This document shows positions 56,751 through 64,000 of a DNA stretch of 64,000 bases, in pieces. The stretch is from Verrucomicrobiales bacterium (GTDB taxonomy: Bacteria; Verrucomicrobiota; Verrucomicrobiia; Limisphaerales; UBA1100). The notes below the pieces were generated by a model. That model had not been told where the DNA came from. It saw nothing but the letters and a program-made list of their open reading frames with translations, and searched no databases. Location: assembly GCA_038139415.1 (NCBI GenBank), contig JAYOSV010000003.1, positions 98,778 to 162,777 on the forward strand, in the 5' to 3' direction. The position numbers were made by a program, and so were the translations under genes. Position 1 is the first letter of the stretch, and each line of letters opens with the position of its first letter.

Positions 56751-57637
56751 TGGTTGATGACTCACCCAGCGTGCTATTGCTCATTCCTGCGTATAATGAG
56801 GAGGAACGTATTGGACCAGTGCTGCGAGATTACGCCACGTATTTTCGTGAGCACTATGAGGGCGAATTCCGCGCGGTGGTGGTTTTAAACGGTTGCCGGG
56901 ATAACACGCTTGGCATCGTGGAGGAAGTGGCTAAGGAATTTCCCGAGATAGAACCGTTAAATTTTGAAGCGCCCATCGGTAAGGGCGGCGCGCTGATCGA
57001 AGGCTTTAAGAAAGCCACCGAAATGAGGGCCGTGCTAACCGGTTATGTGGATGCCGACGGGGCCACGCCGGCCAAGGCGTTTCATGAACTCATCAAGCGT
57101 TGCGCCGCTGGCGAGGCGGATTGCGTGATCGGTTCACGTTGGCTGCCTGGCTCTGTACTGCACCAAAGCCAAACGAAATTGCGCCGCGTGTTCAGTCGCG
57201 GCTTTCACACAATTGTGGAGCTGCTCTTCTGGCTCGGCATCGCCGACACGCAATGTCCCGCCAAGCTCGTGCGGCGCGAGGCACTGGAGGAGATTCTGGA
57301 GAGCTTGCGCATTGCCGATCTGGCGTTTGACGTGAACCTGCTGGTGAGCCTCAAACAGCGTGGGTACACGATCAAGGAAGTGCCCATCGAATGGACAGAC
57401 CAGCTCGGCTCCAAGGTTACGGCCAACCTTTGGCGCGTGTCGCTGGTGATGTTTCTCTCAGTCGTACGCCTGCGGTTGGTGCATTCGCCGCTGTACAATT
57501 GGCTGCGGCCTCTGCGGCCGTTGGAAACGTGGCTGTACCTCCGCCTCAACGCGCCTCCGCCTCGCCCGGCGGCGGATTCTCAGTCGCCTGCGCCTGGGCT
57601 AGAAGAAGCTTCTCCTCTTGATTCACCACCCAAGTAA
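56750..57637 (+). CDS. Glycosyltransferase family 2 (polyprenol-phosphate glycosyltransferase-like)
   Basis: IPAYNEE; GKGGA; DADG; IGSR; DTQC; FDV; EVPIEW. Confidence 0.88.
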   Translation: MVDDSPSVLLLIPAYNEEERIGPVLRDYATYFREHYEGEFRAVVVLNGCRDNTLGIVEEVAKEFPEIEPLNFEAPIGKGGALIEGFKKATEMRAVLTGYVDADGATPAKAFHELIKRCAAGEADCVIGSRWLPGSVLHQSQTKLRRVFSRGFHTIVELLFWLGIADTQCPAKLVRREALEEILESLRIADLAFDVNLLVSLKQRGYTIKEVPIEWTDQLGSKVTANLWRVSLVMFLSVVRLRLVHSPLYNWLRPLRPLETWLYLRLNAPPPRPAADSQSPAPGLEEASPLDSPPK

Positions 57638-58901
57638 GAATCACCGTCGAGGCCAGAAAACATAAGTTACCCATGCCGATCAATCCCACCATGCTGATGT
57701 GCGCGTCTACATTGAAGCCATCGGAAGTCTGCTCCGCGATTTGAGGCCCAGCGTAGCACAGTAAGCCGGCATAAATGACCGGCACGCCCAGTAGCAGGTA
57801 CACATTCTTGGATTTGCAGCGGGCCAGAATGTTGTTCACCAACACCGCCGCCAGGGCCAGCGGCGCCATGGCGGCGATAAACCACGGCACGATCGGGGCG
57901 GCTTTCAAAAACGAATCGTCGTACACCATTCGCAATGGCAGGTCCGGCACTAGGGTGCCCAGCGCGATGGCCACCGTGCACAGGCCGGCGGTGAGGAGGA
58001 GCGTGAATCGCAAAACGTCGGTCGGTTTTTGTTCGGCGTGACTTTTTACGACCTTGGGAAACATCACCGCCACCATCGGGCCCACGAAAAAAATCAGCGC
58101 GCGGCCGATCATGCCGGCGGCCGCGTAAAAGCCGGTTTGCTCTTTATCGAAATATCGCTGCACCACCACCATGTCCACACTCATCATGAAGATCACCGTA
58201 CCGCCGCCGATGGATAGCGGCAGAAAACGCTTGGCCAGATCGCGCCAGTTAACGCGCATCACGGATGCCATCCATTCGGCTGGCTCCAGTCGCGGCAGAT
58301 TCGCTGTGTTCAGCGCGATGCCGAAGGCCAGCACGTAGCCCAAGCCGACTGCGATCATGCCGTTGATGGCGGAGGCTTCATGCAGCCGGATCAGGCCCGC
58401 CATGGCGGCCACCCGCAAGACGCCGAGCGACAGTAAGGCCCAGCCCAGCCACAGGAAATTCTGCCGGCCCTGCAAGACGCCAAACATCATAGGCATGAGC
58501 AGCGCAAACACGCCCGCGCCAAGCGTAAGCGCCAGCACCCACCATGAGGGCAGATTCAAGGCGGCGACCAGCGCGTCGCCCTTCACCCACGCGGCGATGA
58601 ACACCAACACGGTCACCGCTAGCACCACGAGAGTGAGCGCCCATTGCTCGCGTGCCATGCGGAAATCGTCCGCCTCGGTTTTGCGTTGAGCGGCTTTCAC
58701 CGCAAACACCGCCTGCAGGCCGATGGCTGGGATGGCGATGAGGTTGAGCAATTGTAGCATGGCGGTGAACCCGCCGTACTCGTCCTTCGGCATGTCCTTG
58801 GCGAAAATATGTGCCGCAAACGAGGCGGCGCCGCCGACGGCAGTGGCAATCGCCATCCAACCGCTTTGGCGTAGGAAACTGGCTTTGCTGTCCTCGTTCA
58901 T
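57546..58901 (-). CDS. Polysaccharide flippase (Wzx/MOP-like, multi-TM)
   Basis: About 12 hydrophobic segments; EYGGF; GVLQG.QNF; D..VVQRYF; GFYAAA; MFPKV; start refined to 58901 (ATGA overlap). Confidence 0.78.
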   Translation of the reverse strand: MNEDSKASFLRQSGWMAIATAVGGAASFAAHIFAKDMPKDEYGGFTAMLQLLNLIAIPAIGLQAVFAVKAAQRKTEADDFRMAREQWALTLVVLAVTVLVFIAAWVKGDALVAALNLPSWWVLALTLGAGVFALLMPMMFGVLQGRQNFLWLGWALLSLGVLRVAAMAGLIRLHEASAINGMIAVGLGYVLAFGIALNTANLPRLEPAEWMASVMRVNWRDLAKRFLPLSIGGGTVIFMMSVDMVVVQRYFDKEQTGFYAAAGMIGRALIFFVGPMVAVMFPKVVKSHAEQKPTDVLRFTLLLTAGLCTVAIALGTLVPDLPLRMVYDDSFLKAAPIVPWFIAAMAPLALAAVLVNNILARCKSKNVYLLLGVPVIYAGLLCYAGPQIAEQTSDGFNVDAHISMVGLIGMGNLCFLASTVILTWVVNQEEKLLLAQAQATENPPPGEAEAR

Positions 58902-60022
58902 GGTTGGGCGCGAAGGAAGCGGGTGACGATGGCGACGGCTTGGTCGAGTTGCTTGAGGTCCAGCCACTCGTCGGCCGTGTGAGCCTGGGCGATATTGCCG
59001 GGGCCAAACACGATGGCGGGTGTGCCACCGCTGGTGATGGGTGCGGCGTCTGTGAAGTAATGCACGCCCAGCGTTTTGCGCCGACGCGAGGCGCGCAGGA
59101 ATTCCTGTACGAGGGGTAGTTGGGGATTGGTCTCAAGGGCGGGACTATCCACGCCTTTGAGATCGGTATGATCAATTTTAAGCCTGTGCCGATTCAGTAG
59201 GGTGCGAATCTCTCGCCAGACACCCGTGGCGGTTTCGCCGGGCAGCGTGCGGCGATCGATATCAATCCATGCCTGCTCCGGCACGATGTTGGGCTGTGTG
59301 CCCCCGCGTATCACGCCGACATTGCAGGTGGGGCTGCCGAGCAGCGGATGGGAGCGTTGGCGCAACAGTTTGGCGTATTCAGTTTCTAATACATCGACCA
59401 CACGGGCCATGGTATGGATGGCATTTTTCCCGAGGTGCGGCGTCGCACCGTGCGCGGCTTTGCCTTGAGCGGTGAGTCGCCACCAGAGATCGCCTTTGTG
59501 GGCGGTGACGGTTTGCAGCATCGTGGGCTCGCCGGCGATGGCGAGGTCGCCCTTGGGACCGGCTTGGGCGAACTTCCGGGATCCGGCCTGATTGGATTCC
59601 TCATCGACGAGGCCGACGAACAGTATTTCCGTGTGTTGCGGTCGGCGTCCGCTCTTGGCCACATCGCAGAGCGATTGGAAAAATGCGGACATGCTGCCCT
59701 TGGTATCACACGCGCCGCGTCCGTGCAGTCGCCCGTTTTTGATGACGGGCTTGAACTGCTTCGCCTCGGCCGGCACGACATCCATGTGCGGCGCGAGGAT
59801 AATACGGCGTTGCACCTTGCCGGCAGGGGTAAGGCGCACCAGCAGGTTTTTGCGTCCGGGCAACACGGCTTGCCGCCGAATATCGAGGTCGGCTTGGCGG
59901 GCGCGATCGATCAACAATTCAGCCACACGTTCCTCGCCGCTGACGGCAGGGTCATCCACAAACGCGGGGTTGATGCTGGGTCGGGCGACCAGATCGCGGA
60001 GTAGTTGAGTGACGGCGTTCAT
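58898..60022 (-). CDS. M20 family metallopeptidase (ArgE/DapE-like)
   Basis: HMDVVP; GRGACDTKG; DEE; GEPT; AHKG; GKAAHG; GGTQPNIVP; FGPG..QAHTADE. Confidence 0.9.
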   Translation of the reverse strand: MNAVTQLLRDLVARPSINPAFVDDPAVSGEERVAELLIDRARQADLDIRRQAVLPGRKNLLVRLTPAGKVQRRIILAPHMDVVPAEAKQFKPVIKNGRLHGRGACDTKGSMSAFFQSLCDVAKSGRRPQHTEILFVGLVDEESNQAGSRKFAQAGPKGDLAIAGEPTMLQTVTAHKGDLWWRLTAQGKAAHGATPHLGKNAIHTMARVVDVLETEYAKLLRQRSHPLLGSPTCNVGVIRGGTQPNIVPEQAWIDIDRRTLPGETATGVWREIRTLLNRHRLKIDHTDLKGVDSPALETNPQLPLVQEFLRASRRRKTLGVHYFTDAAPITSGGTPAIVFGPGNIAQAHTADEWLDLKQLDQAVAIVTRFLRAQP

Positions 60023-60852
60023 GCGGTTTTGCGGCCGACCAAATTGGTGTAGCGCCGACCCTGATGACGCGCGATGAGATCGGTGTCATTATTCAATTCG
60101 GCCAGCGAACCGTCCGGCTTCAGTTCGTGCAGGGTTAGGCCCAGCTCGCGGAGTGTCTGCAAAAACTCATTCGCATCGCCACCGGCTTCGGTCATGCCTT
60201 GCGGCCAAAATTCGGTTAACAGGGTGAGGTTCGGCGAGGCGATTATTGTCTCGCGCAGACCGGCGATGACCTTGGGTTCATAGCCTTGCACGTCGATCTT
60301 GATGAGGTCCACCGTCTCGATTTTATTCTCGCGCAACAAGGCATCCAACGGCCGCGCCTCAACCTCCACTTGTGGGCGTTCCTCATCAGAGGCGTAGAGG
60401 CGGTTGTCACCGCGGTTGTCGGTCGAAATGTACAGGGGCAACATGGCGTGCGCATCGGAAGCGGCCACTGGAAAAGCCTTCACATTGCCAATTGCATTGG
60501 CGGCGATGGTTTGCTCGAGATAACCAAAGCTATCGGGATCCGGTTCCACGGCGAGGACGCGTCCATTGGGGCCAACCGCGCGTGCGGCGAGGGCGGTGTA
60601 GTAGCCGAGATTGGCGCCCACATCGAGGAAGGTCATGCCGTCACAGCAGGTGGATTGAAAAAAAAGAGTCTCTGCTTTTTCATACACGCCGAAACGCAGC
60701 GCACCACTGACGACGGGATCGGTGGGGTTGAGCACCACCGTGGCTCCATGAATTTCAACCTGCGTGGGTAATAGCTGCCGGATCGTCCAGTTCGTCAGCT
60801 GCCGAAGCGGCCAGGGACGCAGCAGGTAGCAATAAACAAACTCGGCGAGCAT
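60019..60852 (-). CDS. FkbM family methyltransferase
   Basis: FLDVGANLGYY; AVEP; IKIDVQGYE. Confidence 0.88.
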   Translation of the reverse strand: MLAEFVYCYLLRPWPLRQLTNWTIRQLLPTQVEIHGATVVLNPTDPVVSGALRFGVYEKAETLFFQSTCCDGMTFLDVGANLGYYTALAARAVGPNGRVLAVEPDPDSFGYLEQTIAANAIGNVKAFPVAASDAHAMLPLYISTDNRGDNRLYASDEERPQVEVEARPLDALLRENKIETVDLIKIDVQGYEPKVIAGLRETIIASPNLTLLTEFWPQGMTEAGGDANEFLQTLRELGLTLHELKPDGSLAELNNDTDLIARHQGRRYTNLVGRKTA

Positions 60853-60854
60853 GG

Positions 60855-61808
60855 TTAGGGGTTCTGCTGGCGAAACCACTCCACAAAGCGTGGGATGCCG
60901 TCCTCGATTTTCGTTTGAGGATCATACCCGAGCAACTGGCGGGCCTTGTCGATGTTCGCGTAGGTGATCGGCACATCGCCGGGTTGCAGCGGTTGCCGGT
61001 CGATCTGCGCCTCTATGCCGAGGGCGCTTTCGAGCAGCTCGATCAATCGGCTGAGTTCGACGGTCTGCGATTCGCCGAGGTTGATCACTTCGTAGCCAAA
61101 CTCGCGTTCGGTACAGGCGAGGATGCCATCGACCGTGTCCTTCACATAGGTGTAATCACGCGACGTGCTGCCATCGCCGAACACTGTGATCGGCCGTCCG
61201 GACTGCATGAGTTTGGCAAATTTATGAATCGCCAGATCCGGCCGTTGGCGTGGACCGTACACGGTGAAAAAGCGCAGCATGCACACGTCCATGCCATACA
61301 CATGATGATACACATGCCCGAGCGCTTCGCAGGCCAGTTTACTGGCGGCGTAGGGTGAGATGGCACTGAAGATCGGATCCGTCTCGCTGAACGGCACACT
61401 GGAGTTCACGCCATAAACCGAGGAAGAGGACGCGATGGTGATTTTTTGAACACCGTGCTCTCGGGCGGCCTCGAGCAAATGAGTCGTGCCCTCTACATTC
61501 ACGCGCTGATACAAGGCCGGTTGCTCTAGGCTGGGCCGCACACCGGCGCGGGCAGCGAGGTGGATGATCTGATCAAACGGCATGCTGCCGAGCACATCAT
61601 CCAGCTCCGCCCGCTGGGTGATATCCGCATGAACGAAGGCAAAGGACTCGGCGCGCGCCTGCAATTCGCGCAGGGTGTTTTGTTTGATGGCCGGATCGTA
61701 GAAATCGTTCAGGTCATCTAGCGCACAAACCGTGTGACCGGACGCAAGTAGGCGTTCACAAACATGCGAACCAATGAACCCCACACCGCCAGTGACTAAC
61801 ACATTCAC
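60855..61808 (-). CDS. NAD-dependent epimerase (UDP-glucuronate 4-epimerase-like)
   Basis: TGGVGFIGSH; HLAARAGVRPSL; SSSSVYG; YAASK; LRFFTVYGPRQRPD; RDYTY; QPGDV. Confidence 0.92.
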   Translation of the reverse strand: MNVLVTGGVGFIGSHVCERLLASGHTVCALDDLNDFYDPAIKQNTLRELQARAESFAFVHADITQRAELDDVLGSMPFDQIIHLAARAGVRPSLEQPALYQRVNVEGTTHLLEAAREHGVQKITIASSSSVYGVNSSVPFSETDPIFSAISPYAASKLACEALGHVYHHVYGMDVCMLRFFTVYGPRQRPDLAIHKFAKLMQSGRPITVFGDGSTSRDYTYVKDTVDGILACTEREFGYEVINLGESQTVELSRLIELLESALGIEAQIDRQPLQPGDVPITYANIDKARQLLGYDPQTKIEDGIPRFVEWFRQQNP

Positions 61809-61919
61809 GGCGCAAGCCTAACGGGCAGTGGTGGCAGTGTCGAGGATGGCGATAACGCGTGAATGACATGTGAATTTCCTCCTCTTGCCGTACGGGCATG
61901 CATCTGGATACTCCCGCGC

Positions 61920-62789
61920 ATGCCCAATAACGAGTTGCTGGAACTGGAAATCCCCCAATTTGAAAAGGTGAAGAGCGGCAAGGTCCGTGAGGTGTTTGAC
62001 ATGGGCGAAAGCTATTTGTTTGTCGCCTCCGATCGCGTCAGTGCCTTTGATGTGGTGCTGCCCAACGGCATTCCGCGCAAAGGCGAGGTGCTCACGCAGA
62101 TCTCGCATTTTTGGTTCGACCGCTTTGAGAACGACATCCCGAACCACCGCATCAAGGATGGCTTGCCCGAAGATCTCGCTCATCTTGCCCCGCGCAGTAT
62201 GGTGGTGAAAAAGGCCAAGCCACTCGCCATTGAGTGCATTGTGCGCGGCTACATCACCGGTAGTGGCTGGAAGGAATACCTGAAGAAAGGCACCGTGTGT
62301 GACATTCCGTTGCCCGAAGGCCTGTTGGAGTCCGCCGAGCTCGAGGAGCCGTTGTTCACGCCGAGCACCAAAGCCGACGAAGGCCACGACGAAAATATTT
62401 CGTTCGAAAAAGCCGTGGAAATCGTGGGACAGGAGACCGCTGAAAAAGTACGCGACCTAAGCCTGAAGATTTACACCGAGGCCCGCAACTACGCCCGCGA
62501 ACGCGGCATCATCATCGCCGACACCAAATTCGAATTTGGCGAGCTGGATGGCGAACTGATTCTCATCGACGAAGTGCTCACGCCTGATAGCTCCCGTTTT
62601 TGGCCGTTGGACGAGTACGAGCCTGGTCGCGGGCAGTTCTCCTTCGACAAGCAGTACGTCCGCGACTACCTCGAGACGTTGGACTGGGACAAGACGCCTC
62701 CCGGACCAGCCCTGCCAGCCGACCTCGTGGAACGCTCCCAGGCTCGATACCTCGAGGCCTACGAGCGGCTCACCGGTCAGGCTCTGTGA
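61920..62789 (+). CDS. purC: Phosphoribosylaminoimidazole-succinocarboxamide (SAICAR) synthase
   Basis: [64 protein letters not shown]. Confidence 0.97.
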   Translation: MPNNELLELEIPQFEKVKSGKVREVFDMGESYLFVASDRVSAFDVVLPNGIPRKGEVLTQISHFWFDRFENDIPNHRIKDGLPEDLAHLAPRSMVVKKAKPLAIECIVRGYITGSGWKEYLKKGTVCDIPLPEGLLESAELEEPLFTPSTKADEGHDENISFEKAVEIVGQETAEKVRDLSLKIYTEARNYARERGIIIADTKFEFGELDGELILIDEVLTPDSSRFWPLDEYEPGRGQFSFDKQYVRDYLETLDWDKTPPGPALPADLVERSQARYLEAYERLTGQAL

Positions 62790-63703
62790 ACGCCGCGGTA
62801 GACGATTTTCTGCAGCACATCCGCCTCGAAAAGGGGCAGTCCGCCCAGACGCAAAAGACCTATGCCGCGTTGCTTGGCCGTTTTGTTAACTGGGCCGAGA
62901 CCACTGGTCTTGGCGATTGGGAAGACGTCCACCGCAAACATCTCACGGAATTCCTCCAGCACGAACGCAATCGTGCGCCCGAAGGGCAGGGCGAACAGGC
63001 CGAACAACTCAGCCCGGAATCGGTTTACCTGCAAATCGCCGCCCTCCGCGCGTTTTATAAATACGCGGCCGCCGAACAGATTGTCCGCGCCAACATCGCG
63101 GAAAATCTCTCCCTACCCCGCCGCTGGAAACGCCTGCCCAAGGCGTTATCCGATCTGGACATCGACAAGCTCCTCGAGCCGCCGACCGAAGCCACGCCCA
63201 CCGAGCTGTGCACCACCGCTATTCTGGAGTTGGCCTACGCATCCGGCCTGCGCCTGAGCGAACTGCGCAACCTGCGGCTGGAACAGCTGCATCTGGCCGA
63301 CGGCTTTGTCACCGTCATCGGCAAAGGCGACAAGGAACGCGTCGTGCCGCTGGGCCGCCCGGCTGTGGCGGCGATGGAGCAGTATCTCGAGGCCGGTCGA
63401 CCGGCTCTCGTGAAGCCGCGAACCCCGGCCAATGTGTTTCTCACCCAACGTGGCACTGCCTTTGCGGCCAGCACGATCTGGGGTCGGATCAAGACCCGCG
63501 TGGTGCGCGCCGGGATCACCCGTAACGTGACACCGCACATGCTGCGGCACAGCTTTGCCACCCATCTCCTGGAACGCGGCGCCGATCTTCGCGTCATCCA
63601 GGAACTCCTTGGTCACGCCAGCATCAGCACCACCGAAATCTACACCCACGTTGCTGGGAAACGCCTGCGCGAGGTGCACGATCAATTCCATCCACGTGCC
63701 TAA
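62786..63703 (+). CDS. xerD: Site-specific tyrosine recombinase XerD/XerC-like
   Basis: GTG 62786 overlaps the purC stop; [66 protein letters not shown]. Confidence 0.85.
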   Translation: MNAAVDDFLQHIRLEKGQSAQTQKTYAALLGRFVNWAETTGLGDWEDVHRKHLTEFLQHERNRAPEGQGEQAEQLSPESVYLQIAALRAFYKYAAAEQIVRANIAENLSLPRRWKRLPKALSDLDIDKLLEPPTEATPTELCTTAILELAYASGLRLSELRNLRLEQLHLADGFVTVIGKGDKERVVPLGRPAVAAMEQYLEAGRPALVKPRTPANVFLTQRGTAFAASTIWGRIKTRVVRAGITRNVTPHMLRHSFATHLLERGADLRVIQELLGHASISTTEIYTHVAGKRLREVHDQFHPRA

Positions 63704-63712
63704 GGTCTGAAA

Positions 63713-64000
63713 TCAGGAGTCTTCTTTCTTGGCCGGTTTTTTACGTTCGGGCGCTTTGGATTTTACGTTTATCGTGTGCGCTTCCACCTTGGTTTCGGAA
63801 ATGCGCTTGGCTCGACCTCCGACATACATGCCCGCCTTGATATCTCCGAGCCTTGCCTTCTCGCCATCCAACGTCAGCTTGGCGTCTTCCACTAAGATAA
63901 ATACTCGATCAGGGTTACCCTTGGCGCCCGGCAATGTCAGTACGCTCTTTTTGGCCGGTTTTTCTGATTTCGGGGTTTTTTCCTCAGCAAACGTAGGGAA
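63713..64000 (-). CDS. Hypothetical Lys-rich small beta-barrel-like protein, 5'-truncated by the window edge
   Basis: Open frame from the window end: FPTFAEEKTPKSEKPAKK...AKLTLDGEKARLGDIKAGMYVGG... Confidence 0.55.
   Translation of the reverse strand, partial: FPTFAEEKTPKSEKPAKKSVLTLPGAKGNPDRVFILVEDAKLTLDGEKARLGDIKAGMYVGGRAKRISETKVEAHTINVKSKAPERKKPAKKEDS

Noticed and set aside
62786..63703. Tyrosine recombinase as a prophage/ICE integrase
   Set aside because: It has Xer-type size and motifs, is coupled to purC, and no att repeats, tRNA or phage genes are nearby; a housekeeping Xer is the simpler reading.
63729..63963. 13-bp direct repeat TTGGCCGGTTTTT as an attachment site next to xerD
   Set aside because: Both copies are in frame and encode the repeated KPAKK peptide of the hypothetical protein.
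1..64000. CRISPR arrays, tRNA/rRNA genes, IS elements, recognisable defence systems
   Set aside because: Intergenic gaps are short and I saw no spaced repeats, cloverleaf motifs or transposase-like ORFs; a covariance-model scan would be needed to exclude small RNAs fully.

Overview
A gene-dense, GC-rich chromosomal window of about 54 CDS. The gene content points to a PVC-superphylum bacterium, most likely Verrucomicrobiota (inference from the DUF1549/DUF1553 'planctomycete cytochrome' genes paired with Tat-exported DUF1501 genes, and from the DUF1080, PQQ-propeller and sulfatase paralogues). It contains three DUF1553-DUF1501 modules, a tandem orphan DUF1501 pair, three adjacent sialate O-acetylesterases, a frameshifted S41 peptidase, an NtrB/NtrC-like two-component pair, DNA repair/replication genes (alkA-like, recQ, ruvC, ruvA, priA, xerD-like), purC, a ferritin and a small surface-polysaccharide cluster. 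The most unusual locus is 34054-40064: a cNMP-binding MscS channel overlapping an orphan secretin with a ~300-aa C-terminal extension, followed by a membrane-anchored helical/Sel1 repeat protein and a glycine-zipper lipoprotein whose promoter carries a 13-bp palindrome. No other T2SS/T4P/T3SS genes are in the window. Other signals read directly from the DNA: a Verrucomicrobia-type LexA box inside the recQ promoter, a recurring -10 hexamer 6 nt before start codons (leaderless architecture), and a 58-aa DUF4177-like gene missed by the ORF track. I saw no tRNA, rRNA, CRISPR array or IS element. All family assignments come from motif recognition, not database searches.
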